Assembly (NCBI GenBank): GCA_910592345.1
Contig: CAJVPI010000006.1
Location: 1-64,000, forward strand
Reading direction: 5' to 3'
Source of the DNA: Paraglomus brasilianum
Taxonomy: Eukaryota
Length of the DNA: 64,000 bases
The notes below the pieces were generated by a model that did no database searches, was not told the DNA's origin, and saw only the letters and a program-made list of their open reading frames with translations. How positions within the stretch are numbered: the stretch's first letter is position 1; each line of letters begins with the position of its first letter. Shown here piece after piece: positions 27,128 through 39,008 of this stretch. Position numbers and translations under genes: made by a program.

Positions 27128-29828
27128 ATGATGGAAATCAATGTTGAGATTACTAAAGCAATTGGATTAGCATTCGCGGTTATAATACTTAAATATGTAG
27201 TCCAGGTAAGAATTGCAAGAGTTTGCAGAATGCATTACGTTTGTTTCGTATTAATATACTTATGCATTTGATAGACAATCTATACTGCGTTCTATGGTCC
27301 AATAAGTAACTTCCCTGGACCAAAGCTATCCTCGTGGAGCCGCATTCCATCATATCTCAAAGCAATGCAGGGTCAAAGGTAAAAATACTTTCTACTTAAT
27401 ATTAAGCCTAAAGCTTCATCCGCTTTCGATCAAGCTTTTTTTATGTTGACTTACGATTAGATGGCGTTGGACTCAACTTGAGTTGACACCCAAATACGGG
27501 AAAATATGGAGACAAGGTGAGAGCTGTTGTATTGTAACTTAATTGTGTATATTAATATTCTGGTAATAATATTTGATACTTCTTAGCTCCAGACATACTC
27601 TTCGTTTCTGATAAATATATTGTCAAGGAGGTACAGACACTTTTGTATGAGATTAGTAGCTGAAGTTTTAAACTCGTGCATATGCGAATCTCGTGATTGA
27701 TTTTTTGATTTTTTGATTTAATATTATAAAAATTCCAGATTATTGTTCACAAGGTAAGTTAATGTTTTACTGTTGACGACGTCTATTATTATTTTTTTAT
27801 ACTTAAGCAGTATTTAAATTTATAATAAACAGGATTGGCCAAAGAATGAGTATTATTCCTACTATAGAGCTGCACCACATTTGCATACATTGTTCTCAAC
27901 AAAGTAAGCGTTCTCTTCCAAGCAATATTTGGTTACAGTTACCGTATAACTCTAATTTAAGTATATTCTAATTCACCACAAATAGCGATAAGGCATTTCA
28001 TAAACAACGTGCAAGTATACACGGTCTTAGATAAAACGTCGATAACCTTTTTGAAATACTTATTCCGTCTTTGATTTCAATTTGTAGCGTCGATTACTCT
28101 CACCCGCGTTTTCGGTTAAATATCTTCGGTCTCTTGAGCCGTTGGTCGCAAAGTGTGTTCGTCACTTGATTGAAAAGCTTAACTCTGTGATAAACGAAAA
28201 TGCACCAAACGAAGGAGCGGTCGTAAATATTTACAGAATGATCAATAATACAACCTTGGTATGAAACATTAATTATGTATAATAGATTATATAATTAATA
28301 ATTAATACAACATCAATTATCAAACTATAGGATGTAATTGGGGAGACTGCTTTTGGAGGTAGTTTTAATATGATTCAAAATGGAAATCATCCACTACCAG
28401 GTGAAGTCGTTCTTGAGTTAAGTAGGCGCATTATGGTATGTAAACTATAGCATTTTGCTTCTTCATTGTTCCAGAAAATATTGAGGTTGCCCAGCAATCT
28501 ACTTGTCGGCGCATATATTACAGCATCACTCTAATCACTAGCGGCCAACCATTTAAATATCAAAGAAAGGAGCTGCGATTTTGTAGTATTTCGTTTGCAC
28601 TTAGACTTAACATATGCAATTGCACGAATAGTACTATTATTGGATATAATGGCGAACACTTGAATGGGACCATGCTAACGATTCGATTTCAAAAATTACA
28701 TATAACCCATTGTTGTTACAGAGAAATCTATTCCCTATACTAAAACCGTTTATGAAAAATAATGGATATATGTACGAAGTAAGTGTAACTTGCTGGTCTA
28801 GTCAAAATTCATTAACTATGATGTAACCATATTAATATCTATTTTTTAAAAGTTTTCGAGGAATCTCATTAACCAACGGCGCCAAGAAACCGGTACCAAA
28901 AAGAAAGATATTCTTCAGATTATTCTTGATGTCGGTGAAGAAGAAGCATTATCGGACATCGACATTTATGAACAGATCAATGAATTCATTATTGCTGGGA
29001 GTGATACGACGAGCTTTAGCACTTTCTTTACCATATTGATGCTTCTAAAAAATCCGGATAAGTTGTCCAAACTTATTGAGGAATTGGATAATGAATTTGT
29101 TGATTTACCAAGAGACGAAATACCAGACCATGACAGACTAAAGACACTACCATATTTGAACGCTGTCATAAATGAAGGAATGAGGCTATGGCCCATTACA
29201 TTGGGTAAGTGATAGCAATGCTTGTTATTTCACGTTTTTAATTGACTAATTTGCTTACGTTTACCGTCCTTGATTTAACAGATGGAGGTAATATCTCTAT
29301 AGCACCCAGTGTATAGTTACGAGACCATTGGACTGCCGCTCAATAACTTTTACAATATGCAATTACTGCTAATGTTTAGGTAGCGGACGTGTTGTCCCAG
29401 AAGATACCATGATCAACGGAGTATTCTTCCCCAAGGGTATTCTGGTAGTTACTAACTACTATGCTATGCACACTTCTTCTGAATATTGGGGCGAGAATGT
29501 AAAGGAATTTGTTCCCGAGCGTTGGTTTGAGCCAGACGTACCACGTGATGCATTTTATCCGTTTTCAGCTGGTTCACGGAACTGTATCGGACAAAAGTAG
29601 GAATATTAATTAATATATATTACAAATGGAAGCGTTTGTATGCGTGACTAACATAAGTTTTGTTATAACAGCTTTGCGTGGTTAGAAATGCGTCTTATTA
29701 TCGTGTCACTTTGCAGGCTCTTCAGATTTGAAGATATCCCAGGGCAGGATCACTGGGACATTGAACAATACCTAACACCCACTCTTGCGAAAAATGAGTA
29801 TAATATTCGCGCATGGATTCGATCTTAA
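27128..29828 (+). CDS. Cytochrome P450, paralog 2 (14 exons)
   Basis: Same exon structure as paralog 1. Motifs GPISNFPGP, AGSDTT, EGMR, FVPERWF, FSAGSRNCIG. Needs one GC-AG intron (donor at 28011). Confidence 0.95.
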
Positions 29829-30461
29829 TTGCAACAATTATCGTTATATTACAGTTTATTGGATATATAATCGTAAACATCTCTGTGTTGTTTAATAATT
29901 CGCATTTGAATTAGTGCAACTAATAACTATATAATAAACTTACATTGTTACGTACTAATACATTGTTACATGTTTGCTAAAGACTATTGTATAACTTTAT
30001 CACTTGTTTGGAGAAGTCGGAACGTAGTAATTGAACGTGTAAATAGTAATAGGCAGTCTTGCCCTTCAGCTGCCATATGTGGTGTGATGTTTGGATCCAG
30101 TATTACCATCAAGACAATCTAGTCATATGAACTTTATTAGTGATTGTGCGACAAACTCTCTGGTGAGCTTTGGTTTGACGAATTAGAAAATGGGTTTCCA
30201 ACATAACAGGTTTCCGCCTTAAAAGGTCATTACATCAAAATGTCATTTATATTTATCAAGAACTTGTTGACAGCTAGTTAATTTTTGGCAGCAGCAATGA
30301 CATGTAATAGCAAAAAATCGCTATCTTCTCTTTAGCCTCCAAAATTGGAATGTCTAGTCACATGTACTGTTCTTGTGACCATTGAAGGACCGCTCACGTG
30401 TCCAATTGCATGAAGTTAAAAACGCCGTCTGTGAATTTCTGCGCTATTACTATTATCCAAT

Positions 30462-32289
30462 ATGCGTCGAGCCAAAATCTTCGCAGGGACTTCTCACCAA
30501 GAGCTAGCACATAGTATCTGTGAATGCGTCGGTATTCCGCCTGCTCCAGCTACTCTCAAGAGGTTTAGTAATAAAGAGACTTCAGTGGAAATCGGTAATA
30601 GCATTTTACCCAGTGTCTACGAACTCTTTTATTAACAAGCCTTGCACTTCCGCATATTGCCTAATTGTCGTCTCATGATTTACCACGGATTTGTATACCA
30701 AATAATCTATCTGTATTAGGATGCTCTGTTCGCAACGAAGATGTGTTCATTATCCAATCCGGTTCAACAAATGTCAACGATCATCTCATGGAGCTACTCA
30801 TTATGATTGCAGCATGCAAAGGTGCATCGGCAAAGCGTATCACGGGTAATACAACACGATAAATTTTGGCACTTTGATAATAGATTATCTTTACTAGCTC
30901 ATCACAAAATTTCTTCATGTATCATCGCGTCACAGCTATCATGCCGTATTATCCTTATTCGAAGCAAAGCAAGAAGAAGAAAGCGCGAGGGGCTATAGCA
31001 GCTAAAAGTACATGTTTTATAATTTGAGAAGAATCAATTCGAGACGAGCTGCTTGATGTATTAATCCTTTGTTAGGAGGGGTGAGCTTGACTGATGAACA
31101 TTATTTCATCAACCTTTCACAATCGGAACGATAAGTGGTAGCCAACCTTCTCTCCGTCGCGGGTGTAGATCATGTGATTACGATGGACCTTCACGCATCT
31201 CAAATGCAAGGCTTTTTTAACAAGCCAGTAGATAATCTATCTGCCGAGCCGCGTATTGTTCAGTGGATAGAAGATTCCGTTCCTGATTATGCTAACGGAG
31301 TAGTGGTCAGCAAAAATGCTGGAGGAACAAGAAGGTTTGTATGTCAATAAGGTTGACAGAAATTCAAAGAACGATTCATCCAGTATTGTAATATCCAATT
31401 TTTGACCTGCAATATTTGCTCTTTTTTTCTCTTCTCTTCTTAATTCTTACAGAGTGACATCACTAGCCGATAGACTTAAGATTGACTTTGCTCTTATCCA
31501 TACAGATTATAATCGTGGGCCGCATCGTAATTCATATGATTTACCAGATTCATGTATATCGACCGATGAAACTGAGAGACATCAATTGATGATTAGCCAA
31601 ACGCTTCATTCTACACATAGTGATAACGCGTCAACGTCCGCTGTGAATAATTATGATAATGGCCATGACAACGCTGCAGTGGGGGGCGAATCGGCGTCAC
31701 ATAGTGCATCTGCGTCAGTAATAGGAGAAATTTTGACAGCTGCAGATACGGAAACAGACAGGACAACTAGTTTGGTGGGAAACGTTACCGGGAAAGTTGC
31801 ATTTATTGTTGTGAGTATAATATCAGTGTTCTTGATTTTTGATATCCAATGTTGCGTATGGCAATTTATATCTCATTATGTAACTGAGCAGGCTAATCTT
31901 ATTTTAATCACACTGTTTACTAGGATGATCAAATAGATAAAGCAACTTCTTTTATTGCAGCCGCCGAGCATCTAAAGAAATGTGACGCCAAACGTATATA
32001 TGTAATTGCTACTCACGGTATATTGAGTGGAGATAGTATCAAAAATATAGAGAACTGTTCAGCCATACACAAGGTGAGTTACTGAATTCGCCATGAGCAA
32101 ACAGTTAGAATAGAACTGATTCGATCTTTTATTGATCAACATTTATAGCTTGTTGTCACCAATACTTTCCCTATTCCGCCGGAGAAGAGACGTCAAAGTT
32201 CCAAGCTCGTTATTATTGACGTCTCTACTACTTTTGCAGAGGCCATCAGAAGAACTCATTATGGAGAAAGCATTAGTTTTCTATTCTAG
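30462..32289 (+). CDS. PRS1: Ribose-phosphate pyrophosphokinase, PRS1 type with internal non-homologous insertion
   Basis: [61 protein letters not shown]; long Ser/His-rich insertion before [38 protein letters not shown]. Confidence 0.9.
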
Positions 32290-33172
32290 CGAAATAATTC
32301 TGAGTTGTCCACAGTTGATATGTGTCGTTAGTAAATGTGTAAATCAACATAGAATAATAATAGTTTGATAGTTAGCGTATGTTATTAATCATTCTTCCAA
32401 CAGAACAACAGTATATACAGATGCGACTAGTGCAGCCAGGGGCTGCTGACATGCCAGTTGGAAAAGAGTTGATTAGCGCCAGTTCTATAAAACCTTTTGG
32501 ATTACCAGGATTCTTACGAACGCTGTGATATTGTATAAAATATTGTTGGTTCATGATATGAGTCGATGGTTCTGAATGGATAATAAAATTATTAATCAGT
32601 TCATACAACGTATTGCGGCATAATTTTTGATGACCTCATTTTGATAGCAGTTAATGCAAAGATTGTAGGAAAGGTCCAGGAGATAATTATCAATGTTCTG
32701 TGGAAGTTGTTCAAACATTCCTATTACCATGATGAAATTTAAGTTATTAACGGCCCATGTCAAACTGGAGTATCAAATACGAGTTTTTGGATAATAACCG
32801 CGTTTGGCTATTCCTAATATGGACATTAAAGTTATGAACTAACCTCGTTCTATGAGCGCTTTAGCTAAAAGCAATATTTTGATTCTACGATATTTGGCGT
32901 TATTATTTCAACCTATTAGCAAACAGCTAAATAGCACAACTGACCGATACTTGTGTCAATACTGGAGTATCAATGTGAGATAAATCTAAAATGTTTAATC
33001 AAGCTTCTTGAATATTGTCCAGCAAATAGGCGTCCTTCAAGTCTAGGCTCAGACTTATTATTATGCGTGTATAGTTTTTTCAGAGATCTTGCTTGTTATT
33101 TAGACAATGCTTATAAGTCAACATGGTTTATTATTCAGTAAAAATTTATTTTCTTATTCCGTCACTATGTGT

Positions 33173-34708
33173 TTTGACAACTCCAGGATTGGCTGCTTCA
33201 AATACAAAATGCTGATATTTTTGTAAGCCACTCAATTTTTTAAAGAAAATTCCTAACACAGAATTAAGATCTAAGTATTGAAAGCCTTTTCCATCGTGAT
33301 AACACTGAGATTGATTAAATCCAGCTGTACTTGATTTTTTCACAACCTCAACAATATGATCCACGCAATCTACTGTTGTCTTTCTATAGAGTTTCTTAAT
33401 CAATCCAAAACTACTACTACCATCACACTTGAATTTAGTATGTCCAGGTATCATGAAATTTAATTCGATACTTTCATAATAACCGCAAATTACTAAATAT
33501 TAATATAGGTAAAATCAAATGGTAGTATTATTTTTATTCTGCCCTCCTGCATTATCACAAGTAATCTTTAGACGTTTTTCACCTTTATTCAATCTCTTAA
33601 TCCCATCGAATACCATGCTCAATGTACCATTCGGACCTTTCCCTATAATTTCGTCTTCATCAAGAATGTAATTAATTTGTTCGCGTACTGCTTCATCTTG
33701 AATGCCAAATAAACGCACTTTACGCGGACTGAGATAATAAATCTTGATCGGAATGTGGAACGTGAACACTTTGCGCTCAATCGTAACTGTAATGAGCAGT
33801 AGCGTCAATGCTACAATAATCAGCTTTACCTCCTGTTACAACGTAATTATCATCTACCAATTTCCTCTGCTGTTCTGCTAATTTCGTATTTTGTTGTAAT
33901 AATTTCTCTCTAATTTAGCCTTAACTAGATGTTCTTTGAATTTTTTCAACAGATCTTTTGCTTCTTCCTCCTTACGAGCATTATACTGCAGGCCGTTCCG
34001 AAAATGTTGGCACGTGTCACATAAATCGGTTCTTGGACTCATGATTTGAATATAAGGCGTTAATTGGTGCCATAACTTGCGAAACACATCATATTTTAAC
34101 GATTTCAACGTGCTATCGTTTTCGAAACCTGCCATAAAATTACGATAGACCGATTTATAACTCGTTTCGGCTGGCAATAGTGTAAGCGATTGGGTAATTC
34201 GATTGACGTTTCTACCAGGACTTGGTAATCCATGTATTTCAACATGGTTTTCGAGAATTTTTTAACGGAAGTAGCAACAGTTATATCAATGGTTATTTTG
34301 GTCTTTCATCGCGGCATTCGTTTTATGTTACCATGAACACGCGGTATTATACCATGCGTTGCCAGACGATTTCTGACGTTTTTTCGAAGTGTGTGCGACC
34401 GATTCCCAACATGTTTTTTGACAAAGCGATGTATTGCGATCTCAGTAGTAAAACGTTCGCTTATTAGTACACGTTTTCTTTTTAAGACGTCGACTGGCAG
34501 TTATTTCTCCACCATTCATCGCTTTCAGCTGGGCCATTAAAAATAAATCTTGCCCGGGTCTAGAGAGAGCTTGGAATGCTTCACGTAATTCGGCAAACAT
34601 TTTTCTCGGAATAATTTTTGAACAACTACAATTGCAACCTATCTCCAGGAAACGCATTGCTTTTTCATATTCGGTAGAACCATTATAATTATAATTATCA
34701 TTCTTCAT
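33173..34708 (-). pseudogene. Sola-like DDE transposase pseudogene, copy 1 (lacks C-terminus)
   Basis: Frameshifted pieces: GCNCSCSK, PRTDLCDTC, YYLSPRKV, GKGPNGTLS, TCDNAGGQNKNN, MIPGHTKFKCD..FGLIK. Clear similarity to copy 2 stops at GVVK. Confidence 0.7.
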
Positions 34709-34991
34709 ATACGGGTATTCCTATATATTATTTTTATCATCAATGGTAATATGCTCAACTGAACAAGTCTGAATATATGCTAAGCAATTTTATTGACACA
34801 AAGATCACTAATAGACAACACACTATTACTATTGAAGCCACTATCTAGCACATTAATTAGATCCACTATTATTATAGTTTATTTAACCCATGCATTCAGA
34901 TATTACTTTGTATTCATGCAGTAAACACCACATTTTCTGGTGCACACACTAACATGGTATGACAGGATAGTTGTAAAAGCAACTCAATATA

Positions 34992-36258
34992 CAGTGTGTT
35001 ACAAAAGTTTTTGCAAAAAAATTGGCATAACAAAAATACGCGTAGTTCTTCCAATTTTGTATCAAATCGCGTCACGTAAAATGCATAATAAACATAAACA
35101 TTTGTACTATAAATTGACATGTTTGTATACCATATTGCTTATGTATTATAAACAATTCTAATTAAACATGTCTCCAGTATCAGAGAAAGAACAACACCGT
35201 CAAGTTTTATTACATTTTTGGAACCAAGGAGTGCATACTGCCAAAGAGCTTCATAATCTCACAAATATATCACTTCAAACAATATATTATAATATTAAAA
35301 AATTAGAAAAAAAAAAAGGTAACAACACACCTGACAATAGAAGCGGTCGACCAAAGAAGATTACTGCAGCAGGTTTGAGAATACTAGGTCAACAAATTCG
35401 ACGCAATTCTTCAAATCTCTCAGAACATTGGCAACTAGACTGTCAAAAGAAGGTATCAAAGCATCGTATGTGACTGTCTCAAGGCATCTGAAAAGTATTG
35501 GTTATAAAAAAAGTCTTCCAGTTGCAACACCAATGCTTAACCCAGACCATAAGAAAAGACGTGTTGAATGGGCCAAAAAGCATCTTAACGATAGCTGGAA
35601 GAAAACACTATTTACGGATGAGACAGCCTTTCAACTCTTCCGTAATACCATAAAACGCTGGCATAAAGGCGAAAGACCAGTCCGCCCTCTTCCGAAAGAT
35701 CGAACAAAGATTCTTGCATGGGGTGGATTTTATATAGGCGGTAAACCCAATTTGTTTTGTTTTTTTCGAAACATGGACGCCGCATTCTATGTAGAAATAC
35801 TTCAAAAACATATCCCAGAGGTTTATCAAATGATGGGAAATAAATGGCGGCTCCAACAAGATAACGATCCAAAACATACCAGCCGCCTAGCCAAATCATT
35901 CCTTCAGGAAAATGTTCCTAAAGTTATTGACTGGCTTCTGACCTCAACCCCATTGAAAACCTCTGGGCTATTGTTAAGAATAAGGTGGAAAAAAGAATGC
36001 CCCAAAATCGTGGTGAACGTTTTACGGTTGAGGAATGGAATGCCATTCCTGATGATGTCTTAAGAAATTTAGCGAAGTCAATGCGAGAGAGATGTGAAGC
36101 AATTATTGAAAAAAATGGGGAACGAATCTCGTTTTAATTAATACCAATAAAAACTACAACTTTTTAACTTTAAAACAAGGTATTTTTCATATTACTCAGA
36201 GCAATGGTTGTGCCGTAGTGATAAATATTAAATTTGCAAAAACTTTTGTAACACACTG
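34992..36258 (+). mobile_element. Full-length Tc1/IS630-type transposon with frameshifted transposase
   Basis: Perfect 26-bp TIRs CAGTGTGTTACAAAAGTTTTTGCAAA, with TA TSD at 34990-91 and 36259-60. Transposase 35168 to about 36137 lies in three frames: HTH, RSGRPKK, FTDE, QQDNDPKH, DLNPIENLW. Confidence 0.95.
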
Positions 36259-36260
36259 TA

Positions 36261-36656
36261 TTTCTAGACACACTTCTTTAAAGGCACGATAAAGTAAATC
36301 CCGTATTTCTTTAGCTGTAAGCTTAAGCTTGGGTTTAATTTTATCAAATTTTTCTCTAGATAAATCAAAATCGATAAAGGGATGAATTCATGCAATGAAT
36401 GACCTGTACGTTCACTAAGCATAGCTTCTATTCCATCTTCGGTATCTGTACCGAGAAACTGTCTTGGCTTTACACTATCATCACGAATTTTATACATATA
36501 TTCAGCCACGCTCTCAGCTTTAAACCCCCGGTGGTAGAAGGCCCCGTTATTTTCTTCCTCTATCTCTATCTCTGGCTCGAAATTTTGGTTATCCACGGTT
36601 GGGACATCGGATGATGCGGGTATAATAGGCATGTTATATTCACTTTGGGTATTCAT
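36261..36656 (-). pseudogene. N-terminal fragment of a putative AEP/PrimPol-type primase (viral D5-like primase-helicase style), truncated by the Tc1
   Basis: ORF reads ..GHSLHEFI. After a frameshift the shifted frame continues (P)FIDFDLSREKFDKIKPKLKLTAKEIRDLLYRAFKEVCLEI up to the Tc1 TA. HE-x-h...hDxD matches AEP motif I. Confidence 0.55.
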
Positions 36657-36768
36657 GTTTGTTCTGAAAGTATATTGCTCGGAATTAAAAAGTTCAAAAT
36701 GAAAATTAATTCTAAAGAATATTGATCAGTACATATTATATACTCAATCGAGATAAACATCAAAAAGA

Positions 36769-37017
36769 ATGGCATTTTATCATTGCCCATATATACTTAG
36801 AAATGGGAAAATATGTAACCAAGGATGTTATCAGCCTGAAGGGTGTAAAGTTCACTGGGATTCTCCACCACGCGTACCTTGTAAAGAATGTGGTAAGTTG
36901 ACCTATTCTGGATATGACTATTGTGATACTCATGCAGATAAATATCGAAGACGGGATCGATATCAGCGGAAGAAGCTGGAGAAGATTGCGCAAAAATCAG
37001 ATGCTTGGAGAAAATAG
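36769..37017 (+). CDS. Small intronless Cys/His-rich (zinc-finger-like) basic protein
   Basis: 82 aa: C-x9-C-x3-C-x5-C-x2-H, then C-x2-C-x10-C-x2-H and a basic tail. A degenerate second copy of its 3' half lies at about 38028-38214. Confidence 0.6.
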   Translation: MAFYHCPYILRNGKICNQGCYQPEGCKVHWDSPPRVPCKECGKLTYSGYDYCDTHADKYRRRDRYQRKKLEKIAQKSDAWRK

Positions 37018-37331
37018 ATAGCGAGAGAGTATACAGACATAGTCCAATCAAGTGTCACAAGTTGTCACGAGTTCGTCTCAAGTAAAAAAATCGGTAGAAA
37101 GGTGGGTTCTTGGAAATCTGAGTTCAAAAAAAACCGTTCTCGATAACTGTCACAGCTGTCACAAGTTTCTTAGGTTAATTTGTTGAGTCCCGCCTTTTTT
37201 TATTTTTTTTTCTATGGGTATACGATATATCGAAGGTAAGTATCAGGTATATATCATAGTAGGCTCGAAGAGCCATTGCTTTGCAATAGAAATAGCGCAC
37301 ATAGCATAGTATATATTGAGGTAGGTATATG

Positions 37332-37428
37332 CGCATATAACATAGATAGGTACGGGTATAGATATAGTGCATATAACATAGATAGGTATCAGATACAGAT
37401 ATAGTGCATATAACATAGGTTGGTATCG
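37332..37428. repeat. Tandem repeat, unit about 36-37 bp, about 2.5 copies
   Basis: GCATATAACATAG(A/G)T.GGTA..G.TA.AGATATAGT repeated. Confidence 0.8.
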
Positions 37429-38027
37429 AGTGTATATCGGGTGTACAGGTATACCATAGGAAAGAGTTTTATTTTTTTCTCTTAGAATTCTACTATTTTA
37501 CTTAAGTAACTTGTGACAGATATAAAGAAGTAATCAAGAAAGAAATGAAAAGGCTCAAGACTCTCAAACAGGCGTCACAAGTTCTGTCACAAGTACTTAT
37601 AAATAACTAGTGACAACTTGTGACAAAAATATCGATATATTTCAATAGATCAAGGTAGGTGGATATATCTTGCTACTAGGGCTAATCATAAATAAGGTCT
37701 CCACTGGCACTACGTGGCTTGCGTAATAAAAGAAATGTAATCACTGCTAACATACATTATTTGAATAAATATATAAGATTCAAAAAATACCCGATAGCAT
37801 ATACATGATAGTATTATGATAGCATTTTTTCGTGATATACTCTATTGCTTTGCAATGGCTCTTCGAGCCTACGAAGTAGGATGCTTTGCATCTAGCATAC
37901 ATATAGCATGTCCCGATTGCATTAATTTTTCTATTAAATATTCTATGCGGTATATTGTTAAAGAATTTAGCATAGATATGATTGATATATTTGGTGACGA
38001 AGAAGTATACAACGAGGAATATGAAGT

Positions 38028-38214
38028 TGAAGACTGTCATGTTCACAGGAATTCTCCTATGTGTACACCATGTAAAAAGTGTGGTAAGTTAACTTTTTCT
38101 AAATATAACGCCCGTATAATGCATGCTGGTAAGTATCGATCTCGAGATCATTATCAGCGAAAAAGGCTAGAGAAAATGGCAGAAAAATCAGAAGTGCTTA
38201 AAGAAAACTCATAG
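38028..38214 (+). pseudogene. Degenerate duplicate of the Cys/His small ORF
   Basis: EDCHVHRNSPMCTPCKKCGKLTFSKY..HAGKYRSRDHYQRKRLEKMAEKS aligns to EGCKVHWDSPPRVPCKECGKLTYSGY..HADKYRRRDRYQRKKLEKIAQKS. Confidence 0.75.
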
Positions 38215-38670
38215 CGATATTGATATCATACCCAATAGCATTTGCGCGATTATTATTTTTATTTATGCGGTATATAAAATGACAACAATGCAAGATCGCA
38301 AGAGCAAGCTAACTCAAGCTATCGATAAAATTTTTTTTTGACGACAGAAATCCGATTATGCCACATGTGGCTTGATATACACCTTAGTGCGTGTCGTAAA
38401 AAGCAAAATGTACGTCACTCAAGCGTGACCTAAAATGCAAAACGCACGCCATAGTGGTGCATGTCTCAGTGGTCACAATCGGCGTAAAAAGCAAAATGCA
38501 CGTCACTCGAGTGTGTCGAAAAAAGCAAAACACACGTCATTCTCGGGTGGGTTATAGTCCATACCACTCGTGGAAACCTAGTTATGACTCTTGTAACTAA
38601 GTTGTGACAAGGTTGTTTCGATCTTGACAGGGCACAGTAAGATTTTCAAATACTGGAGAATTCTGTAAAG

Positions 38671-38890
38671 GTTGTCAAAGCTCAGATGGTTGCTAATGGT
38701 GCTCTTACTGAACTGAAATTATCAAAGAAATTAAATCCTTTTTCTAATACTAACCTCTCTTCTTATAAAAGACAAGAATATCTTTGTCATAATATTCGCC
38801 CATTTTTTAGAGACGAATTCAAAGATATTACTTGTCCAAGACCAACCTATACTGGCAACGAATAAAATATTTAGACTGAAATCCTCTCCA
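38671..38890 (+). pseudogene. 3' fragment of the Sola-like transposase, in opposite orientation to copies 1 and 2
   Basis: Reads VVKAQMVANG..KEIKSF..YKRQEYLCHNIRPFFRDEFKDITCPRPTYTGN. The 3' flank TAAAATATTTAGACT matches the reverse complement of about 49495-49763. Confidence 0.85.
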
Positions 38891-38951
38891 AGACTAACCC
38901 AATAAATTTAGTTTGTTAATTTATTACGTGTCGGTTTATAGCAAAATTTGC

Positions 38952-39008
38952 TTAGTATTAGTATTAGTATTAGCATTAGCATTAGCATTAGTATTAGTAT
39001 TAGTATTA
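38952..39008. repeat. Hexamer microsatellite (TTAGTA/TTAGCA)n
   Basis: About 9 tandem units read directly. Confidence 0.95.

Noticed and set aside
34930..34990. LSYHVS on the far side of the Tc1 as AEP motif II
   Set aside because: Preceded by an in-frame stop and apparently too close to the upstream segment; could be chance.
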